Below, piece by piece: positions 47,701-61,309 of a stretch of 64,000 bases of DNA. Origin of the DNA: Eledone cirrhosa (taxonomy: Eukaryota). Position 1 is the stretch's first letter. Each line of letters starts with the position of its first letter. Made by a program: the position numbers and the translations under genes. The notes below the pieces were generated by a model that was given only the letters and a program-made list of their open reading frames with translations, did no database searches and was not told the origin of the DNA. The stretch covers positions 378,262,001 to 378,326,000 of the forward strand of contig OZ024740.1 of NCBI GenBank assembly GCA_964016885.1, read 5' to 3'.

Positions 47701-48677
47701 TAATATAAACCTGGTTTTATTTAATGTCTTTTGATAGGTTGTTATTTGAACTGTGAATGTCAGAGGAGTACTAGCACCTCTAGGTTGTTTGGGTTCAAAC
47801 ATCTTTAAGAAGTGGATAGAAAAGAGAGTGAGGGTATTTGACAGGTCCATGATGATTATTGGTAAGAATTCACTATTGATAAAACTTCATTCTTCTGACA
47901 CATGAATCATAAAGCCAATTGATATCTGTTCTTTAACCCTTTCATTACACTGTATTTGAATTAACCCATGAAGAATTTGGAGGGATTTACTGAAATTATT
48001 TCAATAATTAGGATGGTATTTTGCCTGGAATCTCAAGATAGCTATATTTTGAAACATTGAATAAATTCATTTTCCTAGTACATTTTAGCTTTCTTATTAC
48101 TTAGTTTTTGTCACAACCCATCTCTCTGCATCTACTTTACTTTTCATTAATATTACAGCAATTATAAACTAGTTTTAGATTACCCGAAAAGAATAGTGCT
48201 ATTGTTTAATGATGAGTATAATACTGGATATGTATGGATGAGTATAATACTGCAAGTTTTATAGATAGTTTATACTGAAGATTTAATTTTACTGAGTCTG
48301 ACAAGAATTTTATAATGTATTTTACAATGAATCATTTATGGGTTTATTTTATGAATAAATTGAATATTTATTATGGAAGCCTTTATTATAAAGATTGTTT
48401 TTCTAATTAGAGGACATGTTATTCCTTGTGTGCTATTTCACATTGGTTATTTTTATGAATTGCAATTACAAAACTTTTCATAAGTTTTGAGTACCATTTC
48501 CAATTATGCAATTGATATAAAATGAAGCAAAGCTGAGAATCAATAGCTTTAAGAATAGACATATAGAGATAAGAAACTGCATACATTATTATAAATCTTA
48601 AAATCATTAAGACTTACTCATAAATATTTTGTTATACTTAACTCAATCTATTTAAAATTGTAACACTTTCTGTTGTA

Positions 48678-49890
48678 TGAGGTTTGTATCCAAAGTAAGG
48701 GTAGTGATTTTCCTATCTACAACATGGTAATGCAGCACCTCATTGATGTATATAAGCATGTTGGTTATGACCTTGGCTGCACATACATACTTACTTCACC
48801 ATAATCACTTGAGTCATGTTTATAACCTCTGTTATGTTTGTGATACAGGAAAATATTGAACAATAGTATGCAATCAAATTTTGTGCAAAACTCAACAAAT
48901 CTGCCATTGAAACATTTAATTCTTTAACACAAGCTATCAGGAAGTAAGGTTTTTAAGTGGCACAAAGCTTTCAAAGAGGGCCAAAAAAATGTTGAAGAAG
49001 AACCTTGTTCTGGAAGGTCAATCTCGTTAACAAATGAATAAAATGTGGATCTGGTGTGAGCGCTGATGGTGAAAGATCACCGATTAAGTGTTTGGATGAT
49101 TGTAGAAGAAACAAGATTGGATAAAAATGCAGTTCTCGGAATTTTAACAGACCATTTGCACTAGTGTCTGTGGAGCAAAAAATGAACCAGCTGGAAATTT
49201 TTCAGGATTTGCTAGACAGACTCGAAATGGAGCCAAATTTGTTGGGTAAAGTAATAACAGGGGATGAAACATAGGTGCTCGAGTATGATCCAGAGACAAA
49301 ATGGTAAAGTGAGGAGTGGAACATGAAAAATTCTCCTTGTTTGAAGAATGAACACGAGCAGATCCAGGATGAAAATGATGATTATCATTTTTTTCGACAG
49401 CCGTGATATTGTTCACAAAGAATTAAGTAAAGAGTTAATTTCACCCTCTACAAAAATGTCTTGGAATGACATTGAAAATGTGTCCAGTGACTTTGAAAGG
49501 ACATTGCAGGAGATTAGGTACTGCACCACAATAATGTGCCTGCTCACACAGCACTTTCAAATAGAAATTTCTGGTGAAGAAAAATATTGCCACTCTTCCA
49601 CATTCTCCCTACAGCCCAGATCTAGCTCCATATGATTTCCACTTCTTCCCTAAGTTGAAATCAAAGATGAAGGGTCATCATTTTGGGACTGAGGAAATCA
49701 TACAAAAAATTATAATCAATGAGCTAATGATTCTCACAGAAAATGATTTCCTGTACTGCTATGAAAAACATTGGAACCACTGTGTGACTTCCCAAGGGTC
49801 GTATTTTGAAGGAGATAACTTGTAATTTCATGTACATCTAACATACATTTAAATAAAACATCAGTACTCTTAATTTTGGGACAAACCTCA
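48678..49890 (+). mobile_element. Full-length but decayed mariner transposon
   Basis: TA-flanked imperfect TIRs (tgaggtttgtatccaaagtaag vs revcomp tgaggtttgtcccaaaattaag). Motifs ITGDET..YDPETK, HHNNVPAH and PHSPYSPDLAPYDFHFFPKLK in broken frames. Confidence 0.92.
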
Positions 49891-50839
49891 TATTTATAGT
49901 TTGTATTTATCTTTTATTATTTTATAATTTTTTCATAACAAAAAAGAAAGAAACCATCATCAGATTAGACAAAGGAAATAATGTTTTAAGCAAATATGCA
50001 CACTCTTAACTAAAATTATACTTTATATTGAAAAATAAAATATTTGAATAGTGCAAAGGTAGTGGACTGCTGACTACACATATCATCTGATGTTCTGACC
50101 TTGTTACTGTCTTGTGTTATGTACCTCAGCAAAGCATCTAATTGTCTGATCCATTTTACCTGACTGAACAAGAAAAGCAGGTTCTACTCTTAATTTATGG
50201 TTGAATGGTTAGTGAAGGAAAAGGTGTATGGTTGTAAGAACTAATGCTTCAAAAGGTAATACCATCCCACCCATATAAGTTTGAAAAAGTGGGCTTTAAA
50301 CAGTAAACTTGTGTGCGCACACACAATTCCTTCCCTTTATTCCTTCAATGGCCTTCGTTACTGTTTCTGTCAACCAAATTCACTCACAAAGCCAACCTCT
50401 TAACTACATAGCCATGTTGCTTTTACATATATCATCATCATCATTTTAACATATACTTTTCCTGTTATATATATAGCAGTAATAAACGAAGCCAAATTTT
50501 AAACATTTGACTTATTTATTTTATTTTATTTTACACTACTCCGGAGTAACCAAACCAACCCATGCACTTCGTCGAGTGCTCCAATCTGCATACTGAGGTG
50601 TTGGTATACAACCAACATATACTCAAAATATATATATATATATATATATATATGTTTTTAACTTTGTATAGTCACTGGTTTGGGGAGGAGAGTGTAGTTA
50701 ATGTAACTGACACCAGTATATAACTAGTACTTGATCATGGAAAGATAAATATCAAAATCTAGCCTGGTGGGGTTTGAACTGAATTTTAATCTTATACTTT
50801 ACTATTTCTGTATGAGAGAGCACATATAATCATAAGTAC

Positions 50840-51835
50840 AAAGGTCAGGAACAGTGATTTATTTGAAGTGAAGGGTCTGGTATTAAGCCAACTATTATAT
50901 GTAGTTGTGGTGGAAGTATTGGCCTGAAGCATAAAAGAGGGTTTACTATGGAATTGCTGTATGCAGATAATCTAGTGTTAATAGCTGAGAGTATGGATGA
51001 ACTGAGGGAGAAAATGAATAGGTGGAAGGAATGTATTGAGGCATAATGTATGAAGGTAATGGCATGTAGTAAAGCATATGGAAAGATGAAAAGAACAGCA
51101 AAGTGGCCATGTACAGTTTGCAAGAAGGGGATTGGAGTGAACCCCATTAAAGGTATATTTGCTGGGTGGGTTGTGAAGGGATTACTAAACCATAACTTTA
51201 TGCAGTGGTGTGAGGGTATTACTAAATAACATGATGTTTAAATGTAAGGTGTGTATGGAGTGAGCTGCAGACAGAAAGAATGTTGAGCTGATTCTTGGGA
51301 ATTGTGTAACCTTGGAAGGTGTGAAAATATTTTGCTACTTAGGAGACATGTTGAATGGAGAAGATGGATTGAACTCTAGTAGCTAGAGTTAGATGCACAT
51401 GGAAGAAGTTCAGGAACTGAGTGGCATGTTAATGATGAGGGATAATGTAACTGAAACTGATGAGAAAGGTGTATGCTGCATGTATGAGAAGAGCCATGTT
51501 TTGTGGATAGCAGATATGAATGATAAATGTGGAGCAGTAAATAAGGCTGGAACAAACAACAAATTATGGTGGATGATGGGAATACAGCAAGTGATGAATG
51601 TTGTGAAGAGAAATTGAATGATATGCTTGGGTAATGAGTTGAAGGATGAAAATAACTGGGTAAGAGGAGTGATAGAAATGAATGTGGAAGGAAGTAGAAG
51701 GGGAAAACCAAGAAAGTTATGGCTAAAGATGGAGGAGGACATGAAAACCAGGGGTTTGGTGAGGGTTTAGCCGATAGGGTAAAATAGAGAAGCTTGCTAA
51801 TGAGTCTGTTTTAGCAGGGGAAATGGCCTTAAAAT
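50840..51835 (+). mobile_element. RTE LINE, second subfamily, decayed, also with a PHD-like finger remnant
   Basis: ELLYADNLVLIAESMDEL, KWPCTVCKKGIGVNPI, FCYLGDMLNGEDG, GSRRGKPRK. Confidence 0.82.
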
Positions 51836-53992
51836 TCTTGATGTACTTTACTGTTTCCTTCACTTCCCTATTTTTATTATTCAACTGCTATTTTAGCAAT
51901 ATAATCATAGATACTAGGTGGTGAATTGACAGAGTTATTAGAGTGTTGGGTTATATTTTTAGTATTTTATTCTAGCTCGCTATATTTTGTATTCAAATCC
52001 TGCCAATTTGTCAATTTTGCCTTTCACCCTTTTAGGATTCATTAATAAAGTACTAATAAAGGAGTGGTGGATTGGTGGAACTCTTAAAGAGCAGAATGGA
52101 ATACTTTGTAGTATCAGATCCAGCCCTTTCCATTCTGTGTTAAAATCCTGCTTCTTTCTGTCAGTTGTAGTGACTAGCTAATAGTATCTTTATTTCTGTC
52201 ATTTTACTGCCATTGTTAGTAGTATTTAGTAGTATTAAGGGTTCGAAGGAAATATATTCATTTTATTGTAATCTGTGTTTTATTTTTCAAAATACTATCT
52301 TTTTCTTTTTTAAAAAGAAGAAAATATTTGCCAAATAGATGAGCTGTTACAATCTTTACCATTATATTATCGTATAGATGCCTGAAGATTTTTTCCTTGA
52401 AATTCAAATATTACAAGATAGTACTTATATTTAGCTAGTTCTAAATATAAAAAGCATGGAAACTGGCTTTAATAGGAGTGACCAGATACTAAGCCAAAAA
52501 TATAGCATTCTGTGATATTTTTGTAAAAAGATTAATGAAGAGGGTGTATTATACAGCTCTGTCGCTATCATGGTTTTATATTTAGAAAATATATAAAGAT
52601 TTCATGCCAGAAACATATCTCCTTAAATAACTAACAAACAAACAAACAAAAATACAAAACAAAAAACAAACAAACAAACAATTATCATTGTAAAATATAA
52701 GTCAATTACCATGTTTTGCTCACTGTTAATTATACTCCTTTAGTATAATATAGTTTATATATTGCATTCAATGAAAAATAAAAACTCTTTTTCAATTTAA
52801 CCCAAATAATTGTTTTGCATTAAACAAATCTTTTATTTAAATCACTTCATTTCATTACTCTAATAGATGATGCCATCTATTTACTGAGAAAGAAGAAAGT
52901 TATTTCTTTTTTAATTAAAAATAACTTCTGTTTCTTTCTCTTACTATATATTTCTCTCTTCTAAATTCCTTTTCATTCCTTTGTTTCTCTTTCAAGAACT
53001 TTTAGATTTTTTTCTGTTTTAAAATGTAAAAATGTTATTAAAAAGTTTCTTTGAAAGTTCCCCTGCTACTGGTTCATGTATCATATAACCTGCCTCTCAC
53101 CAAGAAAGAAAATATCTTTGCTTTTTTGTTAGAAAAAAATAGTAACAGTTTATATAAATTATGCCATATGTATAACCATTTTTTTTTTATATAACATAGA
53201 GCTTATGAACATGAAAAAAAAATGATTGCAAATAAGAATTGAAATTTTGTTGTAATTTGGTTTACCAAGAATTCACTGCCCTATTATTGTGCTCAGCACA
53301 ATATCTAGTTATCTGATTAAAAAAAACTCATCTGAAGTTAAGAATAACAAAAGTTAGAGACTAAAAAGGTGATGATTTGAAAAAGCAACAGAAATATATT
53401 TTATTTTGCTAATTTAATTTGTTGATACTTGACTACATTTTACTCTAGTTATTGTTGAGACCTGTGTTGTCCTCTGTGCCTGGACTGCTGTTCTTCTCTA
53501 CCAAATTGGGATGAGGCCATCATATATGAGGAAAATCCCCTGTAAGGTGGAATAATTGAGGCACAGGATGTGCATCAATTATTGGCTTTTCTTTGTAGTG
53601 ATGCTTTTGTAATCCTGCCCTATATTGTTCAACTGAAGATGTAGTTTGCTTCTTTTTTTTTTGTATTTATTTTTCTTGTTTATTATTATTTTTTTGTTTT
53701 TATAGTGTATCATATATTTGAAAAATATAATATTGTTAGATATCTTTTATTGCTAGAATTAAGTAAAATGAAGTCTTTAAACTTCAAATGTATAGTTTAT
53801 AAATAACTATTACTCTATTAATCTAATACGTGTTCCAGCCAACTGGTTGAGGCCATGCTGGGGCACTGCCATATCTATGTTTATTCTTGCTTTCTTAAGT
53901 TAGTGAACACAAATATTGAGAACAGTAAATAACTGAAGCAAACAGATGGCTAGGTAGGTTCTTATGTTTTCCACCCAAGAATATGTTGGGAG

Positions 53993-54178
53993 ATGTGGAT
54001 TGGCAGTATTGGTAGAGAGTCAGACGCCATGCTTTCTAACATAGTTACGTCCCTTTACGATCTGAGTTCAAATCCCGCCGAGGTTGACTTTGCTTTTCAT
54101 CCTTACGGGGTCGATAAAATAAAGTACCAGTAATGCACTGGGTAATTGCTGGCCTTGTGCCTAAAGTAGAAACAATTA
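53993..54178 (+). mobile_element. tRNA-derived SINE (family A)
   Basis: High similarity to the reverse complement of 33372-33557. Confidence 0.9.
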
Positions 54179-54555
54179 ATTTCTCTGTATTAAACTTTGT
54201 ATGAAATCATCATCATCACCGTTTTACGTCCGTTCTTCACGCTAGCATGGGTTAGATGGGGGAAATCACCTTAAATATTGATATATCAAGAAATCCAATA
54301 TGACAACATTTTCTAAATATATAAAAGTATTTACTTGATTTATCAGTTGATTATGAAATAAAAGAAAGTCAAAATATTGAAAATATTACAAATAATGAAC
54401 TACAAGGTCTTTAAAATTTAAAAAGATTTTATACAACTAGACCAGAGGTTCTCAAACTTTTTGCCCCCCCCCCCCCTTCCCCGATGGCCACGTAATACTC
54501 TTAACATCCCCAATCCTATTTCCAAAGAGCCTGCATATACGCAAATTGTAAATAA

Positions 54556-55561
54556 TCTACTTATATATATAACCAGCAATTTCTCTGTCTGTCTGTCCGA
54601 CAGTGGAAACACGTGCGCGCGTGCGAATGTTTTTTGCACACGCGTAGAGAGAGAGTGAGAGTGAAAGAAAGAGACAGACTATGAGAGGGGGATAGCGGGA
54701 GGGAGAGAGAGAGAGTGAATAGACGCTAAAACACGTGCTACAGAAATATTACCTTCCCCTTCCTTTCTTCACTTTGGTACTACCAAGAGAAATACTGTCG
54801 CTATAGAAACATTACCTTCCCCTCTCCACTGACTTTGGTCACTGAGGCCGAGGGAATCGCTGGTTGCTATAGAGACACCTTGCACAAGCCAGAAGTAACC
54901 AGTTCGAGGCGGTTCTGACTTGACACCATGCCAAGGACCATTTGAAGAAGGTTGCCATTGAATTTGTGGTTGTTGCTGCTGATAATAAGGACCATTTGAA
55001 GAAGGTTGCCATTGAATCTACTTATAATATATAATGGGCATTTCTCTGTCCGTCTGTAAAAAATGCCAAGGAAACAAATAGACGCGGTTTCAAAGCTCTA
55101 TGCTTTTCAAATTCATTACATTAATCTTTATTTATACATTTCGCTTTACGAGTGTTTCGACTTACGAGTGTTTCGGCTTACGAGTGTTTCGGCTTATCAT
55201 TATATATAAACGTTTCTATTTCCATCGTTTTATCGTAAACGTTTATATATTTCCATCGTTTTATCGCAAACGTTTATATATTTCCATCGTTATATATTTC
55301 CATCGTTATATCATAACGTTTATGTATCATAACGTTTATATTTCCGTCACTAATCTCTTTTTCTCCTTTTTCGTTTTAACATATATTTATTTCAAAGATT
55401 TCACCGTATAGATAACATATATATTTATACATGCATAAAAGACACACCGAGAGACGGTGAACATGTGGTGCCGAAAACATTTCTCATCCAAATCTCAACA
55501 ATATCAGTATATACACTAGATTTGCTAGCAGAAAACCGCCCACCGGGTGGTTTTCTGCTAG
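54556..55561 (+). mobile_element. Non-autonomous Helitron with two 5' ends (54556 and 55017)
   Basis: tctacttata...atttctctgtc.gtctg 5' ends and a 3' hairpin gaaaaccgcccaccgggtggttttc followed by CTAG. Internal 16-bp and about 30-bp tandem repeats at 55146-55345. Confidence 0.75.
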
Positions 55562-56209
55562 TCTATATATATAAAACTGAGGATGTCTGTCTGTGTGTGA
55601 GTATGAATCCCTAAAACTAGAGAACTGACTGTTTTCAAACTTTACACATGTAATATTTATGTTTCAGGGAGTGTTCTGAGGAAAATTTTTTTCAAATTTT
55701 CAATGCATTAGGCAATTTAGCGATCTCTCTCTATAATTCTTAGTCTTTCTCTTTTTAGATAGATACATACATATAACGTCGTGCCCTTATAATATATGTC
55801 TGTATGTCTGACTGTCTGCATTACGTCACTTCCTACAATTCCCTCTCCACCCAGAACACGCCCTTATAATGTCTGTATGTCTGCTGCCCGCATTAGGTAA
55901 AAAACTTCATTTTTTTCAGCTTTTTAGGGCTTTTTTGAGGCGTTACGTCTAGCCGATTTTCCCGAAATTTCAAGGCATATTATGCACATAAAAAAAATTC
56001 ATTTTCTTGATCCCCTAGGGTCTGCAGTAAGTAAAAACCTGCATTTTTCCTGCTTCATCGAGGAAAATCTTAAAGATTGTCCAGCCATCAGAGTATTCGG
56101 TTTATTTTCTTTACATATTGTCGGGGCATGCAATTTTTCCACGATTAGGTCTGTTGGCGGCCTGCGTTCCAAATACCTTATCCCGTGCAACGCCGGGTAC
56201 CACTGCTAG
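55562..56209 (+). mobile_element. Non-autonomous Helitron
   Basis: 5' tctatatatataaaactgaggatgtctgtctg and 3' cccgtgcaacgccggg..ctgCTAG|t. The same termini occur at 61310-62445. Confidence 0.85.
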
Positions 56210-56279
56210 TATATAAATAAAATCGTTAAGTTATGTATAATAATATATACTATGTATAAATAAATATATATATTGCTAT

Positions 56280-56675
56280 AGGGTCATGTTGCCAATAAGA
56301 AACACACGCACCAGTTGCTTTCACTTCAATTTATTATAATAAATTTAGGAATTTATAAATTTCCGGTTGGTTGGTTGGTTCCACAACCAGATGGTTGTTT
56401 ATATATTGTCAAAGTTCTTTCGTCACACGTTCTGTGACTGGGGATTCTTTTCTTTGTTTTTGTGCTTCTCCTTTGTTCTGTCCTACACCATCCTCTCTGA
56501 AGAGGTCACAGAACGTGTGACGAAAGAACTTTGACAATATATAAACAACCATCTGGTTGTGGAACCAACCAACCAACCAACCGGAAATTTATAAATTCCT
56601 AAATTTATAAATTTATTATAATAAATTGAAGTGAAAGCAACTGGTGCATGTGTTTCTTATTGGCAACATGACCCT
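56280..56675. repeat. Long inverted repeat (arms 56280-56438 and 56505-56675), Penelope inverted pseudo-LTR-like
   Basis: The arms are near-perfect reverse complements. CTGAAGA-G-stem-GAAA at 56497-56525. Confidence 0.9.
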
Positions 56676-58135
56676 CCCAAAGTATAACAATATCGGTTTC
56701 AACACACGTTTTCAGATAAAGAATCTTGCTAAACAAATTCAGAAACGAAATATATATATATTTTTTATTTTACTCTATATATAATATGTATCATTTGATA
56801 TTTAATATACTATTATATCATCTCTACCACCACCACCACCACCACCACCACTACCCCTTAAGCCCCAGCGCCGCCTGTATCTTCTCCCCCCCCCCCCCTG
56901 TTGGTGGGGCGGTAGCGCTCAGTTTGAGAACCTCTGAACTAGACATATGCAAAAGGTGGTTTATATATTAGTGCCTGTATGTTTTACATGTGTCCCAAAC
57001 ATCCACATTCATTAAAGTTAAATATTTCTTAGCATTTTAAAATTATTAGTCAATATTAGTCAATATTAAATGTATCAGCTGATGTGTAAAGGAGTATGGA
57101 CATGTGATTGTAAATATATAACACAAGAAATGTTTTATGAGGTTTCTGTTAAATGAAAGTAAAAACATAATTCAAATTATTGTTTTTAAAGGAGTCAATA
57201 AAATTTAACAAATTTTGTTATTTGAGATAACATTGCTTATCATCTCAATCAACTAAAAAGTGGTGATTATGACAGCAATTTGAAAAGTTTTCTTTTATAT
57301 AAAACTATTTATCAGATTACTAACATATGCTGTTGTTGCTGTCTAAGCTATTCGGTCACAAGAATTTGTTGCTATAGTTATAAATAACTCTTGGTTATAT
57401 TTCATATGAATAAAAAGAGTGTTTTAAGGTTTACACAGGAGCATATATCTAGAATGTGCTACTAATACATCTCTGCTATGTTTCTAGGTATTTCACATAT
57501 TACTTTTATTTAAATATCTTTTGACACCAAAACTACCCGAAACCCTCTGTTTCTATGATGCAAAACTTATTTTAAAGTGCATATATTTATCTAAACCCCC
57601 CCCCCCTCCTAAATTCATGTAAGAACCTTTAAGTTATGTTCTAGAATCCATCTTAATGAGAAAGTTAATTGTATTACTAAATTCTTTCAAATTCTTGATT
57701 ATTTTCAAATTATTTAAAAACAATAAACTGGGTCTTTCTTTAGAAATGTGGTAATTAAAGGCTTAACTCACTGTGATAAAACACATAGTTTTAAAAATCA
57801 TGTTCACCAATAGGTAATTCTATAAAAAACCTATGAAACAAAATATTTAACATTCTTTTCATAAAAGTACTTACAAGTTTAATTTGTAAGATTCTTGCGC
57901 AAAGAAGAAATTGAATTTAGAGGGTTTAATTTAATTTAACATTTGGTATTGAGTCATAATTGCAAAAAAACTTCAGTGAGAAAAATCAGATATATAACCA
58001 TTCATTCATATTCACTCATACAAAAGCATACTGACACAGAGATGATGTTTTAAGATATTTTTATCTAGTAATCTAAAAAGAGAATTTTTTTTTGCAATTT
58101 TCTAACAGAAATACTTACACACACACACGCACACA

Positions 58136-58375
58136 CGTAGCCAGAGTGAGAATAGAATGGAATGGAAAAAGTTCAGGGAGCTACTATTGCTGCTAGCTAC
58201 TAAAGGTTTTCCCCTTTAAACGAAGGACAGATTGTATGATGCATGTATACAAATAACAATGTTGCATGGATGCAAGGCCTGGGCACTGTGTGTGAGAGCA
58301 AGACATGGTCGTCTTATCTGACTTACCTAACCTATGTTAGCATGGGAAAATGGGCGTTAAACGGTGATGATGATA
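58136..58375 (+). mobile_element. Short internally deleted RTE fragment plus tail
   Basis: ARVRIEW..KKFRELLLLLATKGFP...RLYDAC followed directly by the gttaaacggtgatgatgat tail. Confidence 0.8.
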
Positions 58376-58549
58376 TATATATATATTATCTTTTTAACAC
58401 ATTTTTTAATAGTTTTTCTTAATACAAGTATCTTTTTTTCACTTGATATAAAGCCCCTACTGTCCTTGCAACCTCCCTTTGTAATGTTCTTATTTGTTTT
58501 CTGTATGACAAATAGATAACTGATTAACATTATAGTTAAGTCTTTTGGC

Positions 58550-60050
58550 TGGCTTGGATTGAGTGGCATAGCTGTGCTGTTTTGAGAAAGGCATGGATCT
58601 AGAGCAGGGGTCTGAAACTCAAGGATTCAAAAGGACCATTACATCCTGGAGAAGAGGCACAGCAGGCCAAAAGTGAGATGAGGGATGGGGGCTTGATTTC
58701 CACTAGATATAAGGCTAATCTGCAATACAGCTGTGAAGCTGCTATTTATGTTATTTTTTCATCAAAATGAATATGCATATGATAGTAAGTGGGATATGTG
58801 AATTAGTACAAAATCTAGGGGGACAAATTTTTCTTTTCAAATTTTCCTTAATTCCACTTTTCTTTTTGTTTCATAATGTCTCCTTTTTGTATGGCAATAT
58901 TATGCAAACATATCGAGCATTGTACTTTGTCCTTTACCTCTATTACAAAATACAAATATTTCCACTTTTCTTGAAAACTTCTGTTCTTTTTGGCAATTCT
59001 TTTATTTTGCATCGTTGGTATTTTCTATATTTCAATTATGTAGTTGACCCCGAAATACGCCCTACTGCGAAATTAATGATTTTCTATTTGTGTGTGTTTA
59101 TCATCCCAGGTACTCATGCCAATATGAGTTGTCAAATCTACTCCTTTCTGTGTAATGAAACAAAAAAATAATTCCCTCGTGTTCTGTTGTGTGAGTTAGT
59201 TTTCTACAATCTCAGTCACCTCTCTGCCTCAATAGGCAATGTAGATTTCCCTAATATGCTTATTAGGAATGTTTTGATGAGTTGTAGTGCACCTGAGCAC
59301 TGTACACAATAATTTCATTATTATTATATAAAATTGGATACATATTTCTACTTTACAGTTTTAATATTGAAGTTAAAGCAACTGAAATATTAAAGTACAT
59401 TCTACCCTTTCTTTGGAAGAAACATGGCCAAACCCCTGCTGATTTTAAAATTGATAATGTTTGCATTAGATTGGTAGGTCAAGCTTAATACTGCTACTGC
59501 TGCTGCAAGAGTATGGAAGGGGCAAGGGACAAATTGCCAAGAAAATATTTGTCACACAAAAATTGTTCTGTTGTGGGGCATAGAAAAGTAGTTTGCAGGC
59601 CACGTATTGGAGACCATTGATCTAGAGATGATTTTCCTAGACCAAGGTGGTATGTCAGTGGTCTTAGACATTTACAGTTGTGGTGCTTTCAGGCTGGTGG
59701 CTGTTTATATCCAACAAGGGCTGTAAGCTCAAATTTCTTCAGATATGTAGAGGCTTTTTTAGGAACATTTCACACATTAAGTTTTGGTAGATGACTGAAA
59801 TAGCATCTTATATGCATGTGGGAAAGGTGTAGGAGTAGACAATAAAGGTAGTGTAAAAGTCTCACAAATCTACTCAACAGTTCCAACTGCCTGACAGGTT
59901 TTGCGTGTGTTTCCTGAGTGCACCAATGTGAACAACAACAAACCAAAGTGGGTCATCCAGGTCATAGAAATTTCATTAGGTTAATCAATAGGGATAGTGG
60001 AAGTTGTCCACAATTTTGGGTAGTTGGTTAAACACAGCAAAATTATTCAT
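58550..60050 (+). mobile_element. L1/Tx1-like APE endonuclease remnant interrupted by a hAT element
   Basis: GIAVLF.KGMDLE before the TSD continues after it as IFLDQGG.VVLD...AFRLVAVY...FFRYVEAFLG...LVDD*NSIL (GDWN-like). Confidence 0.6.
58605..59619. mobile_element. Non-autonomous hAT (Charlie-like) element
   Basis: Perfect 8-bp TSD atctagag (58597-58604 and 59620-59627), with imperfect TIRs caggggtctgaaa vs revcomp caatggtctccaa. Confidence 0.82.
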
Positions 60051-61309
60051 GGAAAGGAAAATTAAAACTGAATTTATCAGTTTTAGCAAAAGTATAGCTT
60101 TAGAGAATAAGTTACTATTTCTTCTCCATAGCTTTAGGATTAGATAATCCAGAAATAATATGTAAATTAAAGTGTTGATGACAGATGGTCTAAAGGACCT
60201 TCCATTTTTCTAGCTGGAAAAGAGAATGGCAATTCCTAGAAATCAACCTTATTGAAGAACTGAAGCCTGGTAAATCTAGTTGTTGATTATTTTTTCTGAA
60301 AGCTTAGATCATACTTTATATGACTCACCAAAATATATAAAATTAAGAATGTAAATACACACAAAAAATTGACCAGCTATTAAAAGGACATTTTGATATT
60401 AATTATCAAAATGTAGCATCTGTAGCATGTTACAATTATATGTAAAAAGGATGTGCAAAAAATTAATCATAATTTTAAATAATGAATAATTAATTATACT
60501 CCTAATCCTTGTCAAGGTATATAGTTCTTTAGACCATTAATCTGCTATAATTCAAACGAAACATTACTTGCACTCACTTCATCTAGTTATTCTTGTCCTA
60601 GTTTATAAGAACCAAAATTATTGACTAAATTATCAAAGTCATGGATGAAATTTTCTTGGTTTTCAAAAAATAAAATTCTGTATTAAAAATGTTGAGATTT
60701 GCCTTATTAAATTACAGAAGGTGTTAAACTTGTGGTCATATTAGCTTCAAGGGCTACATGGATCATCAATACCATTCCTAGTGCATTCGATAAAACTCTA
60801 AATTTACTGAATGAATTACAATTATTATCCACTCAACTGTATCATTTGGAACACAAAGAAATTATCTGATTAAACTGAATTTAACATCATGTTGCTTCAT
60901 AAATATTATTGAACAATTGCTCACACTCTCAATGAAATTTATGCAATTGTCTGCAATGCTGTATAAGTTTTTTGTAGTCAGGATTCAGCATGCTTGTAGT
61001 TATATGCATGGTAGTGGAAATTTGTGTCTGTTAAGTATGCTATTCTATGCAAGACAGTCTGGAACTGCACAAATTGACACCACCATACAAGAACGTTTGC
61101 CAGCTGCATAAACAAACCTCGGGGTTCACATGTGGCCCATGGGCTGTAGTTTATCCACCTCTAATTTAAATGAAATGATTTAAAATAACTTTTCTGAAAA
61201 GTTTAAGTAAAATAACATGCAAATGCAATTTGTTTTTACATTTTTAAAAACAATCAATTATTGATATCTATGTATTTGAAAATATTTGAGAATATTAAAT
61301 ATTAGATTA

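Larger units (their letters stand above)
54443..56936. mobile_element. Non-autonomous hAT (Charlie-like) element with nested Helitrons and a long hairpin
   Basis: Perfect 16-bp TIR cagaggttctcaaact / agtttgagaacctctg and perfect 8-bp TSD aactagac (54435-54442 and 56937-56944). Confidence 0.93.
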
